Positions 48,074 through 61,665 of a stretch of 64,000 nt of DNA are shown here, piece by piece (the stretch's first letter is position 1; the number at the start of each line of letters is the position of its first letter). The notes under the pieces are model-generated. The model saw only the letters and a program-made list of their open reading frames with translations. It did not search any database and had not been told where the DNA came from. Both the position numbers and the translations under genes were made by a program. This DNA is from Squalus acanthias (lineage: Eukaryota). The stretch is taken from NCBI GenBank assembly GCA_030390025.1, contig JASTWF010000070.1, forward strand, positions 744,001 to 808,000, written 5' to 3'.

Positions 48074-48980
48074 TCACTATTTTATCAATCAGTGCTCCTC
48101 TGAGGGCGTTCAACCCATCCTGCCTGTGCCGGCTCTTTGAAAGAGCTCTCCAATTATTCCCACTCCCCTGCTCTTTCTCTAAAGCCCTGCATTTACCCTT
48201 TTCAAGTATTTGTCCAATTCCCTTTTGAAAGTTACTATTCAATCTGCTTCCACCGCCCTTTCAGGCAGCGCATTCCAGATCACAACAACTCGCTGCATAA
48301 AAAAATCACCTCCCGTCACCTCTGGTTCTTTTACCAATTATCTTAAATCTGTGTCATCTGCTTACCGACCCTCCTGACACTGGATTCAGTTTCTTCATAT
48401 TTACTCTATCAAAATCCTTAATTAATTTTTACACCTCTATTAAATCTCTCTTTAACATTCTCAGCTCTAAGGAGAACAATCCCAGCTTCTCCAATCTCTC
48501 CACATCACTGAAGTCCCTCATCCCTGAAACCATTCTAGTAAATCTCCCTGTGCACCCTCTCCAAGGACTTAACATCCTTCCTCAAGTGTTTTGTCAAAAC
48601 CTATATCCTGTTTACATTAATTCATAACTTGAAAGTATTTATCCAATTCCCTTTTGAAAGTTACTATTGAATCTGCTCCCACCGCCCTTTCAGGCAGCGC
48701 GTTACAGATCACAATAACTCGCAGCTTAAAAAGAACACTTCTCCTCATCTCCCCGATTGAATGGGAGCAGGAAATGGTGACAAACGTAATTTCAGCGCAT
48801 TATTATTCCCCGAGGTGCTTTAACAATATCAATTCTGAGCAGTTTAACAGTTTTGGGGCATAAATAGATCCAACATCAAAATTCACTGAATCGAAATTTC
48901 TCTCGCGCCCGGGAAGGAAAGCGACTGCAAATTAATAATTATTGAAACAATGTGAATAATAGAATGAGAGAGTCACTTAC

Positions 48981-49536
48981 TCTTTATACTCAGGGCGGTC
49001 CCCGGTCCGAAGATGTATACCGAGTCCCACATAGCACAGTAATAGACGGCGGAGTCACCGGTGCACCAGGGTTCCGATGGTCAGAATGTAACTGTTACCG
49101 GAGGCGTCTCTGGAAGTTTGAAAACGGTCTGTGAAGCCGGTACCTCGGAATATATTATTATCTGTTTCATGCTCTAGCACCAGCACCGGAGCTTCCCCGG
49201 GTCGCTGTCGGTACCAGTTCACATCCTTGCTGCCCACAGCCCCGTTCTCCATCGCACACTGTAATCGGGTGGTCTGACCCGCGGAGACAGCATCGGACAT
49301 TGCGGACTGATTGAGGACGGGAGCCGCCAGGACACCTTCAATAAAAGAAAAAAATCAACCCATTCAGTGACTTGGAGCAAATAGGAAGGTAATGCTTCAA
49401 TAAACACGGAGAGAAAACCGCCGGATTCTCGGTATTGAACCGATTTAGTTGCGGGTAAACCCGTGACTAAAACCATCCGTCTCTCACCTGTTAAATGGAT
49501 CAGCAGAGCCCACAGGAGATGCATCGCTGGAGCCAT
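48981..49536 (-). pseudogene. Ig light chain copy 2: leader 49536-49488, germline-joined VJ 49335-48981 with 1-nt insertion in FR3
   Basis: CTG GTG CAC CGG TGA versus CTG GTG CCC GGT GAC in copies 1 and 3; downstream frame YYCAMWDSVYIFGPGTALSIK. Confidence 0.88.
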
Positions 49537-49652
49537 TTCCTCCGGAGAAGCGCCAAAACCCACCGCTCAAATTTCCGACTGAGCTGTGCGCTATTCCTGT
49601 AAACTCCGGGACCCGCTCCGGTTACAATGTCTGCAAACCCGAGACTCCGGGT

Positions 49653-49676
49653 CTATTTATTACCCGGTATGCAAAT
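49653..49676 (-). promoter_or_regulatory. Octamer (49669-49676) plus TATA-like box, copy 2
   Basis: Same ATTTGCAT..AATAAATA arrangement as copy 1. Confidence 0.8.
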
Positions 49677-52600
49677 GGTTGGGAGGGGCCAGGAAAAGGA
49701 AGGAGTCAGATTTTTAATTCGGGATTTTTATTTAAATTTATTTGTGCCTGATTAAATTATTAAAATCTTAATTCTTCGATTTACAAATGTTTAATCTCCA
49801 ATTGAAGTTTCTGTTAAGGGAAGATTCCAAGATTTCGAAGATTTTTGCGTTTAATGAATATTTAGTCTGTGTTCTACCCCAGAAAAATGAGGGGCAGATT
49901 GTAGAGATACGGATCAGCTGATGCACTTCGGCCGGAATCGTTCTGATAACCCGCTGTTACTCTCCGATATACTGCATCAGATTTTAAAATAATCGTTTCC
50001 CCTAAAATAAATATTTCATAATAGACTGACTTCCCTTTCTCTAAATCAGCAGGAAGACAACCCTGGATTTGTCAAACCCTTTAAAATTGCGGTTTCAATT
50101 GACAAATATGATTTGGGCTTCAGTCTGAAAATACATTTCTGATGAGAATATTCCTCAGGCGGAGTAAAGAGCTAATTAGATGAATGAGAAAGAGGGGAAG
50201 AAAGCGGCATTTTACACCCTGCCCCGGATTAAAGAGAAGTTGTTCTGTTATAGTCTGATTCGCCCCCTTTAAAACTCACGAGAGCAAATAAAACACTGCA
50301 TAATATTAATAAAATGACACCTTGCCTTTAATTTACTGCGATTCCGATTAATGCGCGCAGTTCCGGTTTTAAACCCTGTTCCAGTTGAATTATTAAGCGG
50401 CGGGGTCAGTTGTTTCTGGGGCTCTGTGATGTTGAACCCTTCCCCTGTTTGGAGTCAATCCCTAACTCCCCACACTGAGTCCTGGTTCATGTTTCTAAAA
50501 GTCAGATTGAAACTGGTTAGTGTCAGTTACTTGAGGGCGAAAGAAAAATGGAGTAATTTGTTAATAAATGGGTTGGCCCCAGATATTAGTGTCAAAGGAA
50601 TAATATTTTCTGTTTAATAATTATCTGAATTGTGTAACTGTGAAGGTGGTAATCCCCTGCTCCTTAGTAAAACACACATTGCGGCCAATATTTATCCCTC
50701 AATCAATATCATTAAAACAGATGATTTGGTCATTATCACATTGTTGTTTGTGGGAGCTTGCTCTGCGCAAATTGGAAACCGCAATTGCAACATTGCAACA
50801 GTGACTACACTTCAAAAAGTAATTAATTGGCTGTGAAGCGCGTTGGGATGTCCAGTGGTCGTTAAATGGGCTATATAAATACAAGTTATTGTTGTTGTTG
50901 CTGTTGGAGACAGGGCGGGGCTTTGGACAAGACTCACAGCAAACAGTCTATCTGACAGCAAACAAACTCTATTTACTCAGCAAACAGATTCTATTTAAAC
51001 AGCGCATTACACCAAACAGTCTACAGAGTCTATTTAAAAAGAGTCGCTTAGAACTACAGCAAACAGAACTTATGACCGAATCCACAGCAACCTCTTCCGG
51101 TAAAAGCTGGGTGATTCCTCCCGCAAAATGCAGTGATAGTGACACAATACAAATTATGTGAGTAAAAAACGTTACTGTTACATATTTAGGTGTTACCCAG
51201 AGGAGCTATTTCTTTTTTTACACTATTTATCATACTACCCAGTGCCATAATTCAGCTGAATACATCGCATCAACTCACATAGAAGTAAATCGTGCAGGAG
51301 AAATGCAGCAATGGGGAAATGGGCATGTACTATATCATCACAACCGGAGATTAATATGGAAAGAAGGAAACGTGAAGAATTATTAATTATAACGAGTAAA
51401 GTGCGGCTTTCTGGAAACATGTTGACAGTGTTTATTGCTCCATTTCTGTTAGTAAAGTGAGGGCAGGAACAGAGAGACCTGGGGTTCAGGGACACAAATT
51501 TTTGAAGGTCGATTTGCTAGTTGCGAAAACATTTAAAATAGAGGCATAGGTAACAAAAGCAAGGACGTTATGCTAAACCTTAATAAACACTGGTTAGGCC
51601 TCAGCTGGAGTATTGATGCCATTTCTGAGCACCACACTTTAAGAAGCATGTCAAGGCCTTGGAGAGGGTGCAGAGGAGGTTTACTAGAATGGTACCAGGG
51701 ATGAGGGACTTCACTTATGTGGAGAGACTGGAGAGGCTGGGATTGTTCTCCTTAGAGCAGAGAAGAATAACGGAAGATTTCGATGCTGGGTTCCCTGAGC
51801 ACCGGGAAACCCGGCTCGCAGCCGCTAATCATAAGTCAGTCTCCCAACTGCACTGTGGGAACCTGATTTAATTATTATAGTGAGGTTTCCCGCCTGAAAG
51901 CTTTAATATGGTGGCAGGAGATTTTTGCGGTGGGTTGGTGTGGCGTTACCCCATTGTTATATTTAACCCCCCACTCCCTCCCGCCCATCTTATTCCCATC
52001 CAATCCTCCAATACAGATCCCAAGTCATCTTGAGTTCAGGAATGAATTGCTTGGTCAATGACGTATTCTAAGAGCACTATATGTAGGTTACAGAGCATCA
52101 ACAGCAAGTTGCATTAATATAGCGCCTTTAACGTGGTAAAACGTCCCAAGGCGCTTCACAGGAGCGCTTAACAAACAAAATTTGACACCGATCCATATAA
52201 GGAGATATTGGGACAATGAGCAAAAGCTTGCTCAGAGAGGTTGGTTTTAAATAGGGTATTAAAGGTGGAGAGAGGCGGAGGGCTTTAGAGAAGGACTTGG
52301 GACAGATTGGGATCCACACATTCTCGCTCCCAACAGCTAAAAGTTGAAATGTTCAGAAATTTGCGGGAGAATCGAACAGGTAGAGCACTTTAAGTGACAG
52401 GAGTGTCATTCCGCCGCATTCACACCTCCAAGAATGACCTTTTGCTTTGGAGTCAATGCCAGATCTTTTCTTATCTGGGCGGGTCCGGTGCGGGCGGTGG
52501 CCATGGCGGGTCGCGAACCCGCTGCTGGCTCCATCCCGCTGGGGAAAATGAACTTACCTTAATGGAGCCAATTGGAGCCCGCCCAGCGCGTTACCCGGCC

Positions 52601-52884
52601 CAATGAGATGGACTGGGGCTGGTGACGTCATTCATGACGCGTTTCCAGCCGGCATGTTTAAAGGAACCATTGTTACATTACATTTGAAGTTTAATCTAAC
52701 AGAGTGTTGTCGTTGCACTAAGGCTCGTGCGGGGGAGATGACAGCGGGATCCTGAATCGTTCCCAAAAATAACAACTTTTCCACCCGACCCGGCACCGAT
52801 CTGGCCCGCTATCACCCCGGAAAATTCCAGCTGAGTCTGTACCGAGCTCTAACCGACTCCAACCTAAAGTCCAACTGCACTCTT

Positions 52885-54560
52885 AGGGGGGAATTTTACA
52901 CGGGTTCAGCGGGCGGGATCGGTGGCGGGTTAGGAGGGAAAGTGTGTTTTTTACAGTGCTCCTGACCCCGCTGTCAATCCGCCGTCACGCGCCTTTACCA
53001 AATGTCTGGTCTGTAAGCGCTGAGCAGACCAGACACGCAGCGGCGGGGGAGGCAATTCAGGTCATTATCACCTTGTTAACATAGGAGTAACAACAATTTT
53101 GAGCTCGCCTTTAGAATTTACCAGCTCGCCAACGGGGTCCACGCTGCTCGGGCATCACGTCTTTTAAGCTGGGCGGGAGTTGAATGGCCATGGAATCATC
53201 TCATTACTTGACATCTGGAAATGTGCCATAAAAACACCCATCTCACAGCTGTTCACTTTCCAAGCACAAAAGCTGTTCCTTACTGTATTTGGAAGAGAGA
53301 TTGAGCTTTATGCAGGTTGCAAGTGTTTGGAGAAAACACCCTATCAAGTCTCACCTCATTAGAACAACCTCTTTCACCATTGACAGATTTCTTCTCTCAT
53401 CTCAAGTTCACCTGCCAACAATTCCATCAGCATGGGTACGGTTTATACTCTCTCAATTTGATCCTCAGAATCTGAGCACAATCAGCCGCAACACCAGCAT
53501 CACCAGGCACAGCAGCAGCACCAACAACAACACCAACCTTCTCCGCAATCACCTGGTACTGCACAGGACAGAGGGCATCAGCACCCGACCACACTGCGGC
53601 CCGGGACCTCAGGGATGTCCTAACCATGGCCAGATTTACTTCACTTGATACTCCACACTCATATGGCTGCCACATGATGCGCCAGGTTGGCACCACCCCA
53701 CACCAACAACATAAAGCATCCGTACAATGTACAAGACATTCCTTTCTCACTCATCAGCATTGCGAGGGTAGGGGGTACGATTATGTTTCACAATTCACTG
53801 CAACTCACTAATTCACTTTCAAAGGTACACACCAGTCTGTCGAAGAAAGTAAAGTGTTGAAAAAGAAGATTTCAATGTTTGACAGCACATTAGCAGATAC
53901 TTCAAAAGAACTTCGGCTAAAACACACAAGGTCCTACCCTTGTGTGTTGTTAGTTGGTATGACTGGACTAGGATAATGGTGAGTGCGATGAGTGGCTACT
54001 GAGATGTGGAAGAGTGAATGTAGATAGAGAGGGATGGGTGGAGGTGCAAGCTAAGTTGTTGTGTGTAAGGATATGCAGGAGTAGGATAGGAAAGACAGAG
54101 TCATGGGGATGTGATGAGTGGCACAACAGGATGAGGTTGAGAGTGGCTTTGCATTAACGTTTCGTGTTCTACTGAGATCATTGAAAGGTTTGCCACACTG
54201 AAGCCTGGTCCTCTTGACGATATCCCTGCTTGTGTCCTCCTGTGCACTGTGCAACCAGGCTGCGTTGGTCTCCTGGGGAGGTCTCTTTCGAAGGGAAATT
54301 AAGCTCCCTACGTGCTCTCGTGGGAGTCATGGGAGACCCTGGTTACAGCCGTACACCTCTGTGAAGTGCTTGTCAATGTTTGCAGCACCTCAAAGCTGTA
54401 GGACACGAACAGCACAAATTTCAAGGTATTTTTGCGCATGGTACCTTTAAGAAAACCGACGCAGCATCAAATGACGTCATCAGACCCGCTTTTTTCAATT
54501 GGCCGGGAAACTCGATCCGCGGGCTCATTATCTGTGATTTCCCGACCTGGATGAAGTCCC
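52885..54560. mobile_element. Degenerate PIF/Harbinger-like DNA transposon relic
   Basis: Minus-strand RTRLQCGKPFNDL resembles the Myb/SANT RTxxQCxKxFNDL motif. A possible transposase C-terminal remnant converges from the + strand near 53560-53650. Boundaries approximate. Confidence 0.45.
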
Positions 54561-57008
54561 CTTTCAATACTTGATTGAGCAACGGAACCAGATTGAGTTT
54601 TAGCAATCTCTTTCGCAATCTAATACCGGAATCATGCGTGGCAGTCTTTAATGAATGGCCTGCAATGGATCAATTTCGCTTTTGATGCTAGGCCGCCAAA
54701 GTGACACATCTGCTCTCACCATCGATCGACAGAAGCTTAAGGTTTGGAATTCAAACAGCCACGTGATGTGTGTTGTCGGAATAATCCTTATCCGTCACTT
54801 TAATATATGATGGTGGACCTAAGAGATACAGAGATTAATAATCTTTATTTATCAATACACTTATTCAAACTTAGCACCTCCAGTGCTATGAGAATAAGCT
54901 CAACTGTACTCACAAGGACATCTATTTAATTATGCAAGGTAAGCACGGTGCTCGTACGTCAGCACGTTCATAGTACGTGCGGTTATTACGTACGCACGCA
55001 CGGTTAATACAGAGCCATTACGGCACAGAAGGAGGCCATTCGGCCCATCGAGTCCGTGCCGGCTCACTGCGGAGCAATCCAGTCAGTCCCATTCCCCCGC
55101 TCTATCCCCGTAGCCCTGCAAGTTTATTTCCCTCAATTGCCTATCCAGTCTCCCATTGAAAACATTGAGTGTGTCCGCTTCCACCACTTCCGTCAGCAGC
55201 GAGTACCAGGTCCTCAGCACTCGCTGCGTAAAAAAGTTTTTCCTCAAATTCCCCCTGAATTTCTTGTCCAAAGCCTTACAGCTGCGTCCCCTATGTAAGC
55301 TCGTTGGTGCTCAGGTATGCTACTCGCAGTCCCGCCTCCCCCACCACACTTGCACATGCTCATTGGGGACACTCTCTGCCCAGTGTTCTCTGGACATTTC
55401 ACATGTATGATTAACCATATTCAGAATCCTTACTTGCTGATCTAGGAGCACAGGAACAGGAGTAGATCCCCCACATTGAGCGCCATATGTCATATTTCAC
55501 TCAACTCACAACCTGTAAGTATCCCCTTCCAATTTGTTGCTCCAATCTACACACGTTACTGTGCCTCCTAACTTAACACCACCTGCAAACTGGGATATAC
55601 AACTCTCTATTCCTTCATCCAACTCATTAATATATACGGTGGAAAGATTGAGGCCCCAGAACAGATCCCTGGGGAACATCACATTCCACATCCTGCCAAT
55701 CTGAGTACCTCCTCTTTATCCCGACTCTCTGTCTGTTACTTCCCACCCAAACTCCAACCCAAATCAAAAGGCTCCACACAATTCCATGCGGTCTCAACTT
55801 GTCCAATAATCTTTAACGTGGAACCTTATTGAATGCCTTCTGGGAGTCCATAGATATAACATCCATAGACACTCCTTTGTCTATCTGATTAGTGATCTCC
55901 TCAAGAAATGCAACTGGATAAGTCAGACATGATTTACCTTTAACAAAGCCATGCTGGCCCCCTCTGATCAACTCATATTTGCTTCAGTGCGCAGTCACTC
56001 TATCCTTAATGACAGATTCTATTAACTTCCCCACAACAGATGTTAAACTGACAGGCCGGTAATTACCTATTTTATCTCTCCCACCCTTCTTCAACAATCC
56101 AGTATCTGGAGCACTGTGTACAGGTTCTGGACACACCATCTCAGAAAGGATATATTGGAAGGAGTTCAGCGCAGATTCACCAGATGTTACCAGGGATCCA
56201 AGGTTTACATTACGAGGAGAGATTACAAAACTGGCCTTGTAATCCCTGGAATATCGAATGTTAAGCGATGATTTGATTGAGGTTCTTAGGATTTTGAAAG
56301 GAATTAATAGGGTAGATGGAGAGACATTACTCCTCCGTTGGGGGTCGTCCAGAACAATGGGGCATAACCTTAAAATTAAGAAATTCAGTACTGAATTCAG
56401 GAGAAACCTTTCATACCCAGAGAGTGCTGAGAATGTGGAACTCACTACCATATGGAATAGTTGACTCGAATAGCAGAGAAGTATTTAAGGGGAAGCTCGA
56501 TGAGTACTTGAGGGACAAAGGAATAGAAAGATATGTTGATGGAGTGAGATGAAATAGGATGGGATGAGTCTCGTGTGGCTCATAAACAGCGCCATCGACC
56601 AGTTGGGCTGAATGGTCTGTTTGTGCTGTGCATTCTATGTAATCCACTCAATGTCCCTTTAAGTGCTGAGTAAAGACGGTTCATTTTTAGCTCGTGGCAG
56701 CATTTCATGTTTATTAAGAGCTGTGTTACACAAGTTCCCAATCACAATATGGTCACAGACTAAAGGGAAATCTGTCCCCATTCTACACACAGCGAAAGTT
56801 TACACCCAAGATATTGGGGACAGTTGTACAGAAAGTTCCATCTCACAAAGCTGGACAATCATTCCAGTCACTTCTGATATTATTAAACATTCGGATTTGC
56901 CTAAAACTGAAATTGCTACAGCGATTACTTTGCCAAAAAGGCGGATTGCACACATCGAATGATCTGAAACAAAGCAAAAATCAAACACTACTGCTAACTC
57001 GCACCGCC

Positions 57009-57337
57009 TCAGTCGGAACACGAGGAGGCGCTGATGGTCTTGAGAAGAGGCGAGCTCAGGGAGCCGTGGCTGACGCTGCAGGAATGGCTGGAGCCCTTGT
57101 TCCAGGCGGCGGCGGGGATTCTCAGGTAACTGCTCAGGCTGTAGGTTTGATCGCTGTCCGGGGACACGGCGCCTGTCGTCACCCCGCTGTCTGTCTCTTG
57201 GCCATCCACGCTCCAGCGGAGCCGCACCAAGCCCGGCTTAAATCGACTCACCAGGCAGGACAGAGTGGCCGTTCCCGAGCCGATTTCGTCCGAGGAGGGA
57301 GGGAGGAGAAGAACCGAGGGGCTTCGATCCTCGCTGC
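57009..57337 (-). CDS. Ig light chain copy 3 C exon (intact, sigma-cart/type I-like)
   Basis: CAG acceptor; SEDRSPSVLLLPPSSDEIGSGTATLSCLVSRFKPGLVRLRWSVDG..TYSLSSYLRIPAAAWNKGSSHSCSVSHGSLSSPLLKTISASSCSD*, with terminal interchain Cys; AATAAA at 56715-56710. Confidence 0.9.
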
Positions 57338-60300
57338 CTGTGTGTGGGGGGAGAGAAAATTCATTAGTTTATGGAATCCGTCAGCAGTGGGACGCTCTGA
57401 TCTGAAATCAAAGACGCCAAAGAACCCCCGAACAACATTCACTTTAAAATAAATTACTGATTGATACAGGAGTTCCAATAAATTCTTAAATCTCTAATTC
57501 CTCTGCTCCTCTGCCAATTCATCTGCCTACATTACAACAGTGACTTGGTACAAAAGTACTTCATTGTTTCTTTCTTTATTTCATTCTTCCTGAATTTTTT
57601 GAAAACTAAACACAGAAAATGTTAGAAAATGCTGGAAATACCGACCGGGTCTGTCAGCATGTGTGAGGCGGAAAGATCAGTAACTGACCAGTTCAGGTGC
57701 AGGTTACACCCCCGGAATCGCAATAACCTGTCGGTTCCCGTTACAGACACTGACCGACCGGCCGTGTATTCCCAGCATTTTCTGTTTTTATTTAATTTCC
57801 TGCAATTGCAGTTTTTTTTGCTTTTTACTTGAATATAATAAAGCGTTTAATTGTCTTAAAATCCGTTCAGTGTTAACTTTAAAGTGGTGAAATCACGGAG
57901 CAGTGAACCGCTTTTCACCGAGAGTCCACATTATCTTCTGATATCTCAAACTGATGCAGCCCTTTCAAAGAGCCGCCACAGACACGATGGGCCGAATGTC
58001 CTCCTTCTGTGCTGTATCATTCCATAAGATTCCGGAAGGTTTTTTTTGCGATTCATATTTATGTGGAATTGCGAGTTAGAAACTGATCGGCTTTAAATGT
58101 TGCTGGGAAGAAAATTGAGCCGTGTCTGTTACCGGGTATTGAAGAGCTCACTGAATAAAGAGAGGACATTGTACACGGGCTGGGAATTAATGTAGTGACT
58201 CTGCCTCATAATATTGTAAATGCTTTACATAGAATTACACAGAATATGCAGCACAGAAACAGACAATCGTCCCAACAAATCAATGTCGGCGTTTATGCTC
58301 CACTCCAGCCTCCTCGCATCCTTCCACATCTAACTCTATCAGCATAACCCTCTATTCCCTTCTCCCTCATGTGCTTATCTAGCCTCCCCTTAAATCTATA
58401 CTATTCTCCTCAATCAATCCGTGTTGTAGTGAATTCCACATTCTCACCACTCTCTGGGTAACAAAATCCCTAATTGATTTCTTGTTGTTATCTTATATTG
58501 ATGACTTCTAGTTTTGATCTTCCCCACCAGTGGAAACATTCTCTATGTGTCTACACTATCAAAACGTTTCATAATTTTAAAGACCTCTATTTGGTTACAC
58601 TTCAGCCTTCCCTTTCCCCGCTTTGATGAAGGGTTTTCACTGTTCGATATTTATACTAAGAAGAGAACCAAGGAATGTAAAAGATTCTCGCTACAGAGGC
58701 AAGTAAGAATTCCTGCGCGTGAACTGATTTCTGTCTCGGGATCAGCTCAGTCTCGCTGTCCCGGAGCGATCCGTTCAACACAGGGCGGTAGCGGGTCCCG
58801 ACAGATCAACCCAGGAGAATCGGCGCTATCCCCGGGGGGACACTGGACAGGGAGAGTCAGCAGGTTTATCCTGGGGGAGGGAGAGGGTCAGCAACGAGAG
58901 AATGAGGTGGAGAGAAAGCTCCCTTCAACAAGCATCACCCAGTCTCACTCACACACACGGCGCTGGTCAGTAATTGTCATTGCGCCGCTCCATGGTAAAG
59001 CGGCGGTTCTGCTCTATAAACAGCGGGGAGATTGCAAATAATGACCTGAGACAGATTAAATATCGCAGCACGAAATTCACAATAAAACCAGTCCCGGCAA
59101 ACGAATATAATCCCGATTATTCCCGGTGTTGCTGGCGACAGGGACTCGATCCAACCGGTTGTGTGCTGGGACAGCGGGTCTCGGGAGGGTCCTCTCTCTC
59201 TCCCAGCCCAGAGCCGGACACCCGACGGCTGCGGTCAGGGGGACAATACGCCACAGGAATAAAACCAGCAGCAACATTGAAAGTTGTAAATGACGGTAAA
59301 TGGGTTGGGATTCCCCGGGATCTCTCCCGCCGGCTCCGAGCAATCTATTTAAAATAGGGCGGTGCCGACTCTGGACAATAGGAATAATTCCACATACACA
59401 TAGAGAAGAAGTAAGGGACAGCATAGAATCATACAGCACAGAAGGAGGCCATTCGACCCATCGTGCCAGTGCCGGCCCTTTGAATGAGCTCTCCAATCAG
59501 TCCCACTCCCCTGCTCTTTCCGCGAGGCCCTGCAATTTTCTACTGTTCAAGTCTCAGTGTAACATAGTGACATATGCAGTGTCCACTGTCAGCACTTCAC
59601 AGTGTAGCTCACAAGTTTCCTCTCTCTCTCTGTCTCTTTCTCTTGCCGCACCCGAATGTTACCGGCGCTTAGACGGTTAAATTAAGAGGACGGGTTGCAT
59701 AAACTTGTCCTGTATTCCCTTGAGGTTAGAAGATTCAGAGGTGAATTGATCGAGGTGTTTAAAATGTGAAAAAGGATTCGATCGGGTCAACACAGAGAAA
59801 CGATTTCCTCCGGTCGGGGAATCATGAACCAGGGGAGATCAACTTAAAATTAGAGCCCGCCCATTGAGGAGGCAAGCACGTTTTCACACAGGCTCGAGTG
59901 TCTGAATGGCCTCCTCCTGTTCCTATGTCAGAATTGTATTTATCAGTTCTCCTATGAGGACATTCAGCCCATCGTGCCAGTGCCGGCTCTTTGTAAATTA
60001 TTCCCGCTCCCCTGCACTTTCCCTAAAGCTCTGCATTTTTCCTTTTCAAGTTTTTATCCAATTCCCTTTTGAAAGTTATTATTCAATCTGCTTCCACCGC
60101 CTTTTCAGGCAGCGCGTTCCAGATCATAATAACTCGCTGCGTAAAAAGAACACTTCTCCTCATCTCCCCTATTGAATGGGAGCAGGAAATGGTGTCAAAC
60201 TTCATTTCAGCGCAGTATTATTCCCCGCTGCGCTTCAACAATTCCAATTCTGACCAGTTTACCATTTTTTGGGTATAAATAGATCCAACATCAAAATTCA

Positions 60301-60395
60301 CTGAATCGAGATTTCTCTGGCGCCCGGGAATGAAAGCGACTGTAAATTAGTAATAATTGAAACAATGTGAATGATAGAATGAGAGAGTCACTTAC

Positions 60396-60943
60396 TCTTT
60401 ATACTCAGGACGGTCCCCGGTCCGAAGATGTATCCCGTATCCCACACAGCACAGTAATAGACGGCGGAGTCACCGGGCACCAGGGTTCCGATGGTCAGAA
60501 TGTAACTGTTACCGGAGACGTCTCTGGAAGATTGAAAACGGCCTGTGAAGCCGGTGCCACGGTAGATGGTGCCATCATGCTTGTGTTATATCAAATACAC
60601 CGGAGCTTCCCCGGGTCGATGTCGGAACCATTCCACGCTTTTGCTGCCCACAGCCCCGTTCTCCATCGCACACTGTAAAAGGGCGGTCTGACCCACGGAC
60701 ACAGGATCGGATATTGGGGACTGATTGAGGACGGGAGCCGCCAGGACACCTTCAATAAAAGAAAAAAATCAACCCATTCAGAGACTTGGAGCTAATAGGA
60801 CGTTAATGCGTCAATAAACACCGAGAGAAAACCGCTCGATATTGAACCGATTTAGTTGCGGATAAACCCGTGACTAAAACCATCCGTGTCTCACCTGTTA
60901 AATGGATCAGCAGAGCCCACAGGAGATGCATCGCTGGAGCCAT
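60396..60943 (-). pseudogene. Ig light chain copy 3: leader 60943-60895, germline-joined VJ 60749-60396 with in-frame TAA at 60588-60586
   Basis: ..WFRHRPGEAPVYLI*HKHDGTIYRGTGF..YYCAVWDTGYIFGPGTVLSIK; same 354-nt exon length as copy 1. Confidence 0.88.
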
Positions 60944-61059
60944 TTCGTCCGGAGAAGCGCCAAAAGCCACCGCTCAAATTTCCGACTGAACCGTCCGCTG
61001 TTGCTGTAAACTCCGGGACCCGGTCCGGTTACAGTGTCTGCAAACCCGAGACTCCGGGT

Positions 61060-61083
61060 CTATTTATTACCCGGTATGCAAAT
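61060..61083 (-). promoter_or_regulatory. Octamer (61076-61083) plus TATA-like box, copy 3
   Basis: Same arrangement as copies 1 and 2. Confidence 0.8.
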
Positions 61084-61665
61084 GGCTGGGAGGGGCCAGG
61101 AAAAGGAAGGAGGCAGATTTTCAATTCGCGATTTTTATTTAAATCAATTTGTGCCTGATTAAATTATTAGAATCTTAAACCTTTCATTTAAAAATGTTTA
61201 AACTCCAATTGGAGTATCTGCTAAGTGCAAGTTCCAAGATTTCGAAGATATTTGAGTTTAATGAATATTTGGTCTGTGTTCTACCCCAGAAAAATGAGGG
61301 GCGGATTGTCGAGATACGGATCAGCTGATGCACTTCTGCCGGAATAGTTCTGATAACGCGCTGTTACTCTCCGATATAGTGCATCAGATTTTAAAATAAT
61401 CTGTTCCCCCTAAAATAAATATTTCATAATAGATTGACGACCCTTTCTCTAAATCAGCAGCAAGACAACCCTGAATTTGTCAATCCCTTTAAAATTGAGG
61501 TTTCAATTGATAAATATGATTTGGGCTTCAGTCTGTAAATACATTTCTGATGAGAATATTCCTCAGGCGGAGTAAAGAGCGAATTAGATGAATGAGAAAG
61601 AGGGGAAGAAATCGGCATTTTACACCCTGCTCCGGATTAAAGAGAAGTTGTTCTATTTTAGTCTG

